IMG/VR virus record: IMGVR_UViG_3300040801_002290
Coordinates: 130,022 to 194,021 of that record
Source of the DNA: a virus
Length of the DNA: 64,000 bases
Direction: 5' to 3' (one strand)
Below, in pieces: positions 9,616-19,777 of the stretch; position 1 is the stretch's first letter; every line of letters begins with the position of its first letter. The position numbers and the translations under genes are program-made. Below the pieces are notes generated by a model. That model was given only the letters and a program-made list of their open reading frames with translations. It ran no database searches and was not told the origin of the DNA.

Positions 9616-10389
9616 CTAGTCTTTTTGTTTATCTCCATTGTCTTCATCAGTTTCAACTGCTTTAGGATTAACTCCTCCAGTTCGTATTTGTTTGCTGGCT
9701 GCATTAGTAACACCTCCCTCTAAATCCTGTCTTTCTAGTGCCTGAGCAACACCACCGGCTGCCGTCAACGCCCTAAGTATATCGTATGTAAGGTAGTAAT
9801 TTCCATCTTTTTCTACTATGGAAGTAGAGTCTAAAGCATATGGTGGAACTTCCGATGGATTAACGGGGTCTGCTAGATTCGTGAAAGAAACCGCCTTCAA
9901 AACATCTTTCTCGGAGAACTCCTTCATCATCTTCTTGGCAGTTACATTAACCTTGAATCCCAGGTAAATATCCTTAAGCAACTCTTCGTTTTCTTCCAAC
10001 GCGGCTTTAAAAAGATACTTTTCTGTTATCCCCCCGAACAAAATCATTACCATAGCGTGCATGTAGAAGAAATCCCCGGTCTTTTTTAGAAGAGAAACAG
10101 CCTCTTCCACCTTATCCAAATCTACTGCTAGAGTCCATGGGGTATCATCGTAGATATTCCATGTAGGTTCATATTCTTTCCCGTTTATAGAATTATCCAG
10201 GTGCTTAAGGAGAGTTACGTATTTTGCGTCTACGGTACCAATAGAGCCGTGCTTAAATCCCGCTTCGGCTCTAAGAAATTCGCTAACAGAGTTTGTCAAC
10301 TCCCCGGTGAACTCCATATTCATGTCCCCTACGAAACTTGAGACCCACTCATTTAATTTGTCTGTACAGTAAGTCCAAATTCTTATCAT
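9616..10389 (-). CDS. Hypothetical protein (possible head-associated)
   Basis: 257-aa ORF coupled to the 1112-aa gene (4-bp overlap), downstream of the portal. Confidence 0.6.
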   Translation of the reverse strand: MIRIWTYCTDKLNEWVSSFVGDMNMEFTGELTNSVSEFLRAEAGFKHGSIGTVDAKYVTLLKHLDNSINGKEYEPTWNIYDDTPWTLAVDLDKVEEAVSLLKKTGDFFYMHAMVMILFGGITEKYLFKAALEENEELLKDIYLGFKVNVTAKKMMKEFSEKDVLKAVSFTNLADPVNPSEVPPYALDSTSIVEKDGNYYLTYDILRALTAAGGVAQALERQDLEGGVTNAASKQIRTGGVNPKAVETDEDNGDKQKD

Positions 10390-13300
10390 ATAGTCATTCT
10401 CCTTTGAAGCTCATCTGCTGTAAGTAGGTTACCATGGGACATGGTTCTTCCTGGTGCCTGAATACTCTGTACTTCATAGTTCATACTCAATTCATGCACG
10501 GCTACTGAATGGTCTTTTGAGCCGTTAGGCATATTTAGGACCATTGTTGGGTGAATATTCATTTTTCCCTTGTTAGACTTCCACATTTGAGTTACAAGTT
10601 TATTAAAGTTGTCGGAGTTTCCGTGGTGTGGAATGTTTCCTCCAGAAGACTCCATTTTACCTTCTCCTGGAAAAATATCAGTACCAGAGGGAGACTGTTT
10701 TATGACCATGTAATCAACTGTACCATTCTGAGCGTAATCCATCTTTCCAAATGTGTAAACTTCTCCACCTTTACCCGTCCAAGAGAGTCCAACCACTCCG
10801 GAGACAGAGCTTTCTCGTATGTCAGAACCAGAAGAAGATTCAAGATGTTGAAGAAGCATTGGAACTGCGCTTAGAGACTCAAGTGCGTGACCGATTGTAC
10901 TTACAGAGCCAAGTCGAAGATTTTGAGAGACATAAGTTGACAAAACCTCTCCGTACTCGGGACTTAGTTTTTTAATTCTGTTTTCTACAACTGCTCGATA
11001 GTTGTTTTGTAGCTTTTCAAACTCACCCCGCCCAATTTCCCCTCTTCTATCCATATCATAAGCACGCTTGAGGGAGGTCGCAAGGGAAGAAAGGGTATAC
11101 CTCTCAGAATTCTCCACAGGGCTCTCAGATAAAAGCACACCTCTTGAGGTAGCCGCGTTAGCCACTTCCCCCGCCGAAAAATTCTCCATGATTCTGGAGG
11201 CCCCACGGAGAGACTCTGTAGTCTCGGTGAGGGACTTCTTATCGAACAGGTTGGTTGACTGAACGTCTCTCATCATCTCTAGAGCCTCTTCTTCACTGTC
11301 GAGAATGGTGAGCCCGTCATCCCCTACAATTGTGGAAGCACGGGAGTGAATGTTTGCAGTGAGCATTGAGTGTGCCGGGACAGCACTCTCATCTTGAGAC
11401 ATGAATCGAACGAGAGTCATATCATCAATTATCTCTCCCGTATCACCGTTTTTTCTAATGTAATTAGCTAAAACAGCTTCTCTAAGTGAGGCATCCCAGA
11501 CAAAGTTATCCTCACTGTCCTGGTTGGGAAGAAACCTGGCCCTGTTCAAAGCTTCAGCAAAAAGAGCCTGAGACGCACTATGGAAGGAGCCAGTTACACT
11601 GTTATACCCATCAACCGCATCCATCAGCACAGTTGAAAATAACCTAGCAATCTTGGGAGAGAGAGTCATTCCAACGTTAAATCTACCCGCTGCTGATTGA
11701 ACCGCGTGTACAACAAGAGCAGAAAAGCCTCTTGCAGCATATTCGCTGAGTCTGGAAGTAGAAGAATTATTGAAGGCGGAATTCAAATGCCCTTGGAAAA
11801 TTCCTGCTCTTTCAACTAGTCTTTGAGTAGCAGACTCGGCAAGGTCTAAAGGCACAGATAAGTCGGAGACCATAAAATCTCTGATTTTATCAGAAAATTC
11901 TGGAGTATTCATGTAGTCTATCGGAGACATTCCTGTTCTATTATTTCCTACCAATGCTGTTATTCTGCTCGCTAATTTAGGTGCAATATGCTCTTTAAAG
12001 ATGGCCCCATATTGAGCATTACTGTCTCGATAGTAGTCCGTGAAAACTTTGCCCACAGAAGGAATACTGGTCCCCCTGGAACCAGACAAAACCATGGTTG
12101 TAAGAATCTTGGACGGGTCCTTTTTAAACATAGAAGTTATTTCAGAGAAAATCTCATTCTGTAGCTTAACAGAGAACTCTTCCTGTCGCTTTCCTCCACG
12201 AAGAATGAGTGGGGACTCGACTATCTTATTCTTTAAAACCTCACGAATATGTTCCATGTGGTCGGGAGTAATATCACCGGTTTTTGGTGCCAAGGAATCA
12301 AAGATTCCGGTGAAGGATAGATTCGTATCTCTGAATACAAAGATTTTGTCTAACCTATCTAGAATACCGCGAGTCATTTCAGCCCCGGAATCATTAGTCA
12401 TACCGAGTTCAAGAGCCATTTGAACAACGAAGTTTCCTGTTTCTACGGAGTCTATGATGTCCCTTACGGCCTTTATCTTAGAGATATCCGAGGATATTTT
12501 CTTTATCTCGGCAGAGGTACCGGAAGAATTCTGAGCCAAAATTAAAGACTTCTCAAGGCGAAGCAAAAGCTCCTGATGCTTTAGCTTTTTCTTCTGCTCC
12601 GCGACCGTGGCGGCAGACGGTGGAGACATGTACTCTGCCATTCTAATTCCTGCTGCCAAAGCTGCTTTTCGCTCTGCTTCACGAGAGTCTGTTGGAATCT
12701 TGCTAGAATCGAGTATGTCATAAAAGGAGTCATAAGCCTCCGTCTGATTCTTACCAAAAGCCGGGAAGAGTTTTGCAATGTTAATGCTTGCCTGAGAGTC
12801 CTTATTCCACCCGCCACGAATACCTTCAAGAAGTTTTGCCGCTTCCTGATTACCATTCTTACTAGCAACAAACAGAGCGGTTACCAGCGCCTTAGGGTGA
12901 ATGTCCTTTCTGTCTGGCTTGTTTGCATCTCTTACACCGGGCCTAAACTTAATCTTAAATTTAGCCTTTATTTGCCCTGGAAAACTGATTCCTTTCTTGT
13001 CTTCCTGAGTTGGCTCGTGTACAATCTTTCCCTCTGCCTCTTTTAGCAAAGGCTCTAGTTCCTCTATCAAGCTCTGCTCCACGTTTCCACCGCTTACCTC
13101 GTGAAGTAAGTCAACTCTGTGTGCCCAAGCGTCAATCAACTCGTTAAAGGTCTCCGTTACTAGAGCTTCCTCATCGTCAATTCTAGCTAAGGACTCTGGG
13201 TCATTTCCGTAAGCAGCCCTTTGCATGTCGTAATACTGTTGGTAGTAAGCAGCAACCTTCAAAACATCCCCGTAGGTGTAATCTAGACCCATGTACTGCT

Positions 13301-13724
13301 TCAACTGACTGGGATTAAAGCCTTCGGGAATTTCTTCATCGCTTGAAACTGAGTCATCGAGTTCTGGCTCTTCTTCCTCGCCAACGACTTCCTCTATCTT
13401 CCACCCTCGACTGGGTGCATTCTGCATGAAGGAATCCCAGTCGCTTTCTCCAGCGGCAGTGGGAACCATATGTGGGGCTCTATATTCCTTGTTTTTGTTT
13501 GGGCTATAGACTACATACCCCCTTTTTACGGGAATGGCTTTTAGTGCTTCCAATGCCAAATCTTGGTAAAGCTCGACCCCGATTCCCATTTTTTGGAGGT
13601 AGTCATAGGAATCCAAAGCAGACATATTCCCCTCTGCGTATCCAGAAGGGACTGTCATGCTTTTAAACGTGGTTAGTTTGTACTTAGAGTTCAAGGTACT
13701 CACCAACTTTTTCCACCTGAGCAT
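10386..13724 (-). CDS. Large hypothetical protein, possible internal virion protein
   Basis: 1112 aa, mostly helical composition, overlaps the portal stop. No recognisable catalytic motif. Confidence 0.6.
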   Translation of the reverse strand: MLRWKKLVSTLNSKYKLTTFKSMTVPSGYAEGNMSALDSYDYLQKMGIGVELYQDLALEALKAIPVKRGYVVYSPNKNKEYRAPHMVPTAAGESDWDSFMQNAPSRGWKIEEVVGEEEEPELDDSVSSDEEIPEGFNPSQLKQYMGLDYTYGDVLKVAAYYQQYYDMQRAAYGNDPESLARIDDEEALVTETFNELIDAWAHRVDLLHEVSGGNVEQSLIEELEPLLKEAEGKIVHEPTQEDKKGISFPGQIKAKFKIKFRPGVRDANKPDRKDIHPKALVTALFVASKNGNQEAAKLLEGIRGGWNKDSQASINIAKLFPAFGKNQTEAYDSFYDILDSSKIPTDSREAERKAALAAGIRMAEYMSPPSAATVAEQKKKLKHQELLLRLEKSLILAQNSSGTSAEIKKISSDISKIKAVRDIIDSVETGNFVVQMALELGMTNDSGAEMTRGILDRLDKIFVFRDTNLSFTGIFDSLAPKTGDITPDHMEHIREVLKNKIVESPLILRGGKRQEEFSVKLQNEIFSEITSMFKKDPSKILTTMVLSGSRGTSIPSVGKVFTDYYRDSNAQYGAIFKEHIAPKLASRITALVGNNRTGMSPIDYMNTPEFSDKIRDFMVSDLSVPLDLAESATQRLVERAGIFQGHLNSAFNNSSTSRLSEYAARGFSALVVHAVQSAAGRFNVGMTLSPKIARLFSTVLMDAVDGYNSVTGSFHSASQALFAEALNRARFLPNQDSEDNFVWDASLREAVLANYIRKNGDTGEIIDDMTLVRFMSQDESAVPAHSMLTANIHSRASTIVGDDGLTILDSEEEALEMMRDVQSTNLFDKKSLTETTESLRGASRIMENFSAGEVANAATSRGVLLSESPVENSERYTLSSLATSLKRAYDMDRRGEIGRGEFEKLQNNYRAVVENRIKKLSPEYGEVLSTYVSQNLRLGSVSTIGHALESLSAVPMLLQHLESSSGSDIRESSVSGVVGLSWTGKGGEVYTFGKMDYAQNGTVDYMVIKQSPSGTDIFPGEGKMESSGGNIPHHGNSDNFNKLVTQMWKSNKGKMNIHPTMVLNMPNGSKDHSVAVHELSMNYEVQSIQAPGRTMSHGNLLTADELQRRMTI

Positions 13725-15960
13725 CCGTCAGATAGTTAGGTTGGAATTTGTAGAAATCCTCATATAGATAATTCTGTAGCGGAGCATCGAGGGACTTGTA
13801 AATAGCCCGCTCAATAGCTTCTTCCATTTGCATTGGATTTCCGATTACCTCAGAAATCTTCTGTCTCTTTTCATCAGAAAGGGTTTCTTTGATTCCCTTC
13901 GTAATAGATTTGATTAATGGCTCTTCACCATTCTCATCAACGATTACCTGTCCACTACCTACGTAGCGGGAGAAGATGATTGGGTCTGCCGAATCAACAT
14001 CAACAGACTTGTGAATTGTTATACCCGCGTTTTTGGAGAACATCTCGTAAGAATCAATAGGGGTTCTTAGGAACTGTCCACCTGGGTAATTGTTTATGTC
14101 GTAAAGCTTCAACATGTCGTGATAGTTGGATTCATCTTCATACATGCTAGAGAATCCCTTAATCATCAACTCATGCGCCTCGTCCTCGTTCGCAGCATTC
14201 ATGGAAAAGAAACGAGAAGACTTGAGGTTTGAAGGAGAGCCGACAGGAGAGGGACCTTGCGGCGGTTGCGGAGGCCCCCCTGCCATCGGGTTGTCCCCAC
14301 CCATAGGCCCACCTGGGTTTTCGGGAGACGGCATTCCAGGAAGTGGTGGAAGGTTTCCGAGGTTGGGCATACCGGGCATACCGCCGCCCTCCTCTTCCTC
14401 GGGTTTCCAATTTCTGAGTCCCTGTAGAGGGGTATTTCCCCAAGGTACTGGGTGAAGACCCTCTTGGGCTCGATATTGGTTAATAGTTAGTACACCGGAG
14501 ACAATCTTTTGCTGACTAATCATCCAGCGTTCGCGTTCTTTTTCTACATCGTCGTCTTCGAACCAAAGTCGGAGGTCATTCTCTTCACGAAGCTCTGCAA
14601 GAACCTCTGTGGTTAGGTACTCAGAGATAACGCGCATGATGGTCTCTAGGCCCTTACTCTTTGTCATTTCGGCCTGAGTCTGAGACGTGCTTCGGTTAAC
14701 GTCGGAAATAATTCCTACGTCCTGAGGAGAAACCTGATATACAGCGCAGATTTTACGAGTTAGGTATTCTGCCAACTCTCTAAACTGCATGTCCTTTCTC
14801 TTACCCTTGAAATCAATCCAGGAGACCTTACCGCCTGAAATAATCGGGACTTGAGTGTAGTCACCCATCATAATGGACTGTAGGTGACGCTGAATGGACT
14901 CTAGCTGCTCTTGGTCAATTTGTGAAATCATACCTTCGCGGGAAGGTGGGGGTTCAATAGAGATAAAGCCTTCGGGAATGGAGCCACCCTTACGGTAGTA
15001 ATCCAGATTTCCCTTGTCAATGAAGATGTCAGAAAGGACAGTGGTGTAAAGAGTCTCCATTGGAGAGAAGCCATAACCAAAGTACTTGATATCTGCCATC
15101 GGATAAGCGGAAAGAATGATTACGTCTTCCTGTCTTAGATAAACCTGTGGAGAGCCGTTAATTACCTGAACAAAGGCTTTCGTGGGGTCAACAAAACCGT
15201 ACTCGTTGATTAGGGGTCGAACAGTGGTCCCGTCAACAGGCATCAATCCTTTTAGCTTGCCGTCTTCGTCCCTGATTTTAATAAGAATTCCACGGTCAAT
15301 AACCAACATGTCGTTAAGAATCTTCTTAAGCATGTTTTCCCATGTCTTAGTTTGGGTAAACCACGGGTCAGGCGAAGACAAGAGCTTTTTAATCTCTTTT
15401 ATGTCACGAGTGCGCTTTCTGTAAAATTCCTCGTGCTTCTTCTGTAGAAACTTTATGGTTGAGTGTTCCAGGGAAGTAAACTCTTCTGGCATCGCCTCGT
15501 AAAGCTCTTTTTTATCAGCTATGTAACCTTTTGGGTCCAGCCTGGTGTAAACCTTGATTAGAAATTCAACCTCATGCTCATCGAAGGCTGGGTGATGTTC
15601 AATGTTATAGACACTGTATTCCAAAATGCTGGTTTGCTTGGGCGGCTCATCCTTGTCCTTTGGAATAACGGTAAAGGGAAGCTTGGCCACCTGGTGAGAG
15701 CGTAGCGTAAGAATGGACTTTACAACGGTGCTGTTGTAAGCAAGCATTCTTTGAGTCGGGAAATTGACTCGTCCAGGATAGGTCTTACCAACGATATCGT
15801 TTCTGTAATAATCACTTGAAACGAAAACGCCTTCGCTACCGTGGTCTCTAGCCCCGGCCTGACCCACTCCTGCGATGCTTAAAGAGGGTTTTTGATTTTG
15901 AGAACGGGCCGAGGTTGTTCTTATTCGCCTCTTAGCCCCATTAATATCAATTTCTGCCAT
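13684..15960 (-). CDS. Phage portal protein (HK97-like family) with Pro/Gly linker and C-terminal extension
   Basis: IKIRDEDGKLKGLMPVDGTTVRP, YGFSPMETL, GSIPEGFISI and RKICAVYQVSPQDVGI...NRST are characteristic portal motifs. Confidence 0.85.
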   Translation of the reverse strand: MAEIDINGAKRRIRTTSARSQNQKPSLSIAGVGQAGARDHGSEGVFVSSDYYRNDIVGKTYPGRVNFPTQRMLAYNSTVVKSILTLRSHQVAKLPFTVIPKDKDEPPKQTSILEYSVYNIEHHPAFDEHEVEFLIKVYTRLDPKGYIADKKELYEAMPEEFTSLEHSTIKFLQKKHEEFYRKRTRDIKEIKKLLSSPDPWFTQTKTWENMLKKILNDMLVIDRGILIKIRDEDGKLKGLMPVDGTTVRPLINEYGFVDPTKAFVQVINGSPQVYLRQEDVIILSAYPMADIKYFGYGFSPMETLYTTVLSDIFIDKGNLDYYRKGGSIPEGFISIEPPPSREGMISQIDQEQLESIQRHLQSIMMGDYTQVPIISGGKVSWIDFKGKRKDMQFRELAEYLTRKICAVYQVSPQDVGIISDVNRSTSQTQAEMTKSKGLETIMRVISEYLTTEVLAELREENDLRLWFEDDDVEKERERWMISQQKIVSGVLTINQYRAQEGLHPVPWGNTPLQGLRNWKPEEEEGGGMPGMPNLGNLPPLPGMPSPENPGGPMGGDNPMAGGPPQPPQGPSPVGSPSNLKSSRFFSMNAANEDEAHELMIKGFSSMYEDESNYHDMLKLYDINNYPGGQFLRTPIDSYEMFSKNAGITIHKSVDVDSADPIIFSRYVGSGQVIVDENGEEPLIKSITKGIKETLSDEKRQKISEVIGNPMQMEEAIERAIYKSLDAPLQNYLYEDFYKFQPNYLTDAQVEKVGEYLEL

Positions 15961-15992
15961 TTACGACACTCCCGTTAACTTTGTACATTATA
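15961..15992 (-). promoter_or_regulatory. Putative -10 (TATAAT) and SD (GGGAG) upstream of portal
   Basis: Minus-strand TATAAT at 15987-15992 and GGGAG at 15969-15973; no clear -35. Confidence 0.4.
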
Positions 15993-16087
15993 AGCTATTA
16001 ACACTTAAACAATCAAGCTTGGGAATGGGTAAAAGACAGAATTGATAGTATACTCTCTATTTTACTATTTTAGTTCAAAAAAGTAGG

Positions 16088-18229
16088 TCAAAACGGTAGG
16101 GAGTCATTGGCTCTCTCAACCGCATTGACGATATCCTTGTTTTCTTTTAGCCATTCCGGGGTCTGAATTCTCAGCAACTCAGTAAGTTTTACTATCGCCC
16201 CGTTATAGTCCTTACTGGCGTCAAATCCCTGCTGAATGAGCAGACCGAATACTCTTGGCTCAACCCAAGTGTCGTTTTCCCTGACTTCTCCGTCTTTGAA
16301 AACGTGACTGTAAACAGAAAAGTCGATTCCGGTAACCTTACAGGAGCGGTGTACCTTATGTCCAAGGTCCACATCTACTGGAACAAGCATTCCAGGGAAA
16401 ATCTTGGGACCCGCTTCTTCCATGATTCGAATGATGTTTGAAACAGTAGTTCCGCTGTCTTCTTCGTTAATTTCAAAGATAACGGAGTCGTGAATTGTCA
16501 ACACCATGTATCCCCTACCTGTCTCTTCAAGATACTCGTGAAGGTCTACGATGGCCTGCTTCGTAATATTAGCACTCATGGACTGAATCTTGTGGTTCTG
16601 AGCCTGCCTAGCGGCACGATTTGTTGCCTGCCTAATCTCGTCCTCAGGCGCTCTCTTTGGAATTTCATACCAGCGAATTCTACCAAAAGGGTCCTGAGTA
16701 TAACCGCGAGTCAAAGCCTCGGTAACGGAGGACTTTAGAAACTTCGCTACCTGTGGGTACTGTCCGAGGAATCCATCAATCAAATCCTGCCCAATATCAG
16801 CGTTTTCAGCAAAACCCCGGTTAACAAGACCAACTGCGGAAATACCGTAAGGAATACCGAAAGATACACCCTTACTCATACGTCTAAGTGCATCACCAGG
16901 GAGAGTCTTACCTAGAGTTTCTACAGTAAACATGTCTCCCTTATTGGCGTTCTCTGGTAGCCCGAAGATTTTCTTAGCATTCTCCCAGTGAACGTCCTTT
17001 GAGTTTACTGACTTGATAAAGTTAGCGTCGTCAGCCGCATAAGCCAAGATTCTCGACTCCATAGCCGAGTAGTCAGCAAAGACAAGCAGCTTTCCCTCTG
17101 CGGAAGAAAGGAAAGATTTAAGCATCTCAGGGGGAATATTTTGAAGGTTTGGCTTTCTGGACTTGAATCTACCGGTGGCTGTCTCTGTCTGCGGAAGAAG
17201 GGAATGAATTCTCCCGTCGGCCATGATGAAATCAAGGTATCCTTTACCGTAAGTAGAAGCAATCTTCTGACTTTCCTTGTACTTTAGAATCTTAGGAATT
17301 AGTGGGTGGTCAACCCCTTTTAGAATTGCTTCATCGGCGTTATCAAGGCCAAAGAATTTAGCTAGCTGAGTTGGAGAAGAGACCTTAAAGGATTTCGGAA
17401 TGAAAGTTCCAAACACGGTTTCATTACCCTCTCGTTGAGCAAGCTCAAGTCCTAAGGCGTAGTTCAACTCTTTCTCTAACGCTTCGGCCTCCTTGCCGTA
17501 GTCACTAGCAGCCTTTAGCCATTGATTTTTATCAATCAGAATTCCGCGATACTTCATTTCGTTAACAGCGATAGCAACCTTCATTTCAAGGGCTACAACG
17601 GCTTCCATTTTGAATCTCTTGATAAAGTCCCATTGATTTCTGGCAACCTCAACAAGATACCTAACGTCGTCCTTCGCGTACCTAAGTTGCTCATCCGTCA
17701 ACTCAGCAGCCCAGTCCGAGTTTCCCTGGTCTTTCTGTATCTTAGCCCCGTTCGCATAGCGATAAACAGTTGCCTGCAAGCTATGTGAAAATCTACCGGC
17801 TTTAGAAACACCGAGATTCTCATCATTCTCAGACAAAAGTGGTGTCCAATGTCCTAAATAATCCAGGTTCTTAGACTCAGACCGTCCAGAGACAGCCGTA
17901 GCAGAATCAACGTCAGCCTTACCGGCATTGAGAATCTGAGAAGCGAGCATAGTACACCAAATCTTATCGAACCTTAACCCGGCTTTAACCAAAAACCAGT
18001 CAAGTTCGAAAGAGGCGTTATGAATGAGAAACCTATAGTCCTCAGAGATTAGTCTCTTGATAGTGTTAAGAGTAGACTCGTTCCACCTGAGAACTTCTAT
18101 TCTTCCGTCCTCATACGCTAATTGCACCAGGGCTATCTGACTACCCTCGTGTCTAGGCTCCAAAGCACCGCTACCCTTGCCATTACTCGTTTCAATGTCA
18201 AGGGCAACGAGTTTTTCGTTATCAATCAT
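16088..18229 (-). CDS. polA: Family A DNA polymerase with 3'-5' exonuclease domain
   Basis: Exo motifs LDIET, HNASFE, YAKDDV. Polymerase motif A ADYSAMESRILA, motif B RRMSKGVSFGIPYG (Phe at the Pol I 762-equivalent position), motif C TIHDSVIFE. No 5'-3' exonuclease domain. Confidence 0.95.
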   Translation of the reverse strand: MIDNEKLVALDIETSNGKGSGALEPRHEGSQIALVQLAYEDGRIEVLRWNESTLNTIKRLISEDYRFLIHNASFELDWFLVKAGLRFDKIWCTMLASQILNAGKADVDSATAVSGRSESKNLDYLGHWTPLLSENDENLGVSKAGRFSHSLQATVYRYANGAKIQKDQGNSDWAAELTDEQLRYAKDDVRYLVEVARNQWDFIKRFKMEAVVALEMKVAIAVNEMKYRGILIDKNQWLKAASDYGKEAEALEKELNYALGLELAQREGNETVFGTFIPKSFKVSSPTQLAKFFGLDNADEAILKGVDHPLIPKILKYKESQKIASTYGKGYLDFIMADGRIHSLLPQTETATGRFKSRKPNLQNIPPEMLKSFLSSAEGKLLVFADYSAMESRILAYAADDANFIKSVNSKDVHWENAKKIFGLPENANKGDMFTVETLGKTLPGDALRRMSKGVSFGIPYGISAVGLVNRGFAENADIGQDLIDGFLGQYPQVAKFLKSSVTEALTRGYTQDPFGRIRWYEIPKRAPEDEIRQATNRAARQAQNHKIQSMSANITKQAIVDLHEYLEETGRGYMVLTIHDSVIFEINEEDSGTTVSNIIRIMEEAGPKIFPGMLVPVDVDLGHKVHRSCKVTGIDFSVYSHVFKDGEVRENDTWVEPRVFGLLIQQGFDASKDYNGAIVKLTELLRIQTPEWLKENKDIVNAVERANDSLPF

Positions 18230-18233
18230 AGTC

Positions 18234-18629
18234 TTACCTTTCGTGAGGGTTGAAGAAGGCGAAAACGTTCACAAAGGTGTTAAACAGTCCGAGCTTAGCC
18301 CTACCAATCGGAGTTTTAGCCTCTAAAGAAACTGCGTATCCCTGATTTTCCAACCACTCGGCAAGCATATGTGCCCCGCGAAGAAACTCTCTGAACTTAT
18401 TAGACTGAACAATGGGATAAACCAAGTCTCTACGAGTTCTAAAAAGAACAACCAGAGGCCAGGAAGGGTCCTCTAGGCTGCTGTCATTACAGAAGATGTT
18501 AACTTGCCACTGCTGATTTCCAAGACTAATAACGGTATCGGTCTCGGGCCTAAACATCTCTGAATCGTAGTTTTCTATCTCCTTCTCAAAGGAGGTGCAG
18601 AGTTCGTGAAAGTCATTGTCTTCAATCAT
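18234..18629 (-). CDS. Hypothetical protein
   Basis: 131-aa ORF coupled to neighbours. Confidence 0.6.
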   Translation of the reverse strand: MIEDNDFHELCTSFEKEIENYDSEMFRPETDTVISLGNQQWQVNIFCNDSSLEDPSWPLVVLFRTRRDLVYPIVQSNKFREFLRGAHMLAEWLENQGYAVSLEAKTPIGRAKLGLFNTFVNVFAFFNPHER

Positions 18630-19068
18630 TTTGGCTCCAATGCAGATTGTGGGTTGCTCTTCCCAATCTTCTTAAGGATAGCATGACACTATGAGCTACT
18701 GATGAGCGAGAAAGGTCAATGTAGCACAGAGCGGCATCCGAGTAAGACAACACCCAAGACGCATAGGGTTTTGGGTTCTTGAGAAACGCCATGTAGTCCT
18801 TCTCAAAGACTATCTTGTTAGACACTCCGCGAAGTGCCTTTTTTCTAGCCGCTTGGTATGCCTTGCTACCTAGCACCTCACCGTGGGGAAAGACTCCCAT
18901 GAGAGGTATCGCAAGGGCTTCGGCTTCTTCTGCTACTAGTAGTCCCCACCCATTCTCAAAGTCTGACATGACTAGAGAGGGCTTTAGGGAATAAAGAGAG
19001 CCTTTAACAAGCTCCCTCAGAATCTCCTCATTTTCTAGTTTTTTCTCTCCCAGAGCTATAAGTTTCAT
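18622..19068 (-). CDS. Divergent SLOG-superfamily (YspA/DUF1273-like) protein
   Basis: MSDFENGWGLLVAEEAEALAIPLMGVFP and WVLSYSDAALCY...LGRATHNL align by eye with the YspA-type pattern ISGMALGWD...GIPL...P and WMVD.SD...GK...NL. Confidence 0.5.
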   Translation of the reverse strand: MKLIALGEKKLENEEILRELVKGSLYSLKPSLVMSDFENGWGLLVAEEAEALAIPLMGVFPHGEVLGSKAYQAARKKALRGVSNKIVFEKDYMAFLKNPKPYASWVLSYSDAALCYIDLSRSSVAHSVMLSLRRLGRATHNLHWSQND

Positions 19069-19154
19069 ATAGGCTCATTCTACTCCCTCACTAGCAGGCT
19101 GGTCAAGTGAGCCTGTTTGTTAGTATCTATTCTACTTTATCTATTCTTAGGAGT

Positions 19155-19289
19155 ATGAGTGACTTCAAGACCCCCGACAAGAACGCTAGAAACCGAGTTA
19201 TCCACAGGAGAAGTTTTGGAAAAATTTTTCCCAACTCTCGGAAGAATTTTTCCCAACTTGCCTTCTTACCACTCCGCAGTGTAGAATAA
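19155..19289 (+). CDS. Possible 44-aa ORF
   Basis: AGGAGT directly before ATG 19155, but the region is repeat-rich and may be non-coding. Confidence 0.3.
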   Translation: MSDFKTPDKNARNRVIHRRSFGKIFPNSRKNFSQLAFLPLRSVE

Positions 19290-19541
19290 TTGCAGAAGGG
19301 AGTTGTTATGTATATCTTCGGATTTCCCATAACAGACGACAATTCCTGGGATGAAGACCCCTTCGAAATGGTGGGTCATGTTCCGGAGGACGATATCTGT
19401 GAAGTGTGTCATGTGTACAAGGATTCACAAGGTCAAAAGTACATAGGCATTGAGGTTGCCTTGGGCATAAGCGTATCGGATATGAAGGACTTGTTACTCC
19501 CCTTCTCGGAGGACTTAGATATAAGAAAGGTCATAAAGTGA
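19290..19541 (+). CDS. Hypothetical protein
   Basis: Likely start ATG 19308 after a GGGAG SD; GTGA overlap with next gene. Confidence 0.6.
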   Translation: MQKGVVMYIFGFPITDDNSWDEDPFEMVGHVPEDDICEVCHVYKDSQGQKYIGIEVALGISVSDMKDLLLPFSEDLDIRKVIK

Positions 19542-19777
19542 AAAAACTTGTTGTGCATACAAGCGAGTTAGACCAAGAACTTACCAACCAAATCGAGCTT
19601 CATTCTACCATGCAGATGTCTTACGGTCTATACGAATTCAATAGGGACAAGCTAGTAAAAGAGTTGTGTAAGGTTTTTAATTTGGAGATGGTAGGCGAGG
19701 AACCCCCGATATTCATCCTTCAAGATAAGGAGGGGAAAACCATAAGCCTTATCATGAAGGAAGAGTATTTTGGATAA
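19538..19777 (+). CDS. Hypothetical protein
   Basis: 79 aa, overlaps both neighbours. Confidence 0.6.
   Translation: MKKLVVHTSELDQELTNQIELHSTMQMSYGLYEFNRDKLVKELCKVFNLEMVGEEPPIFILQDKEGKTISLIMKEEYFG

Noticed and set aside
16088-18229. Intein or intron in the DNA polymerase
   Set aside because: 713 aa with all exo/pol motifs at normal spacing; no splicing or homing-endonuclease motifs.
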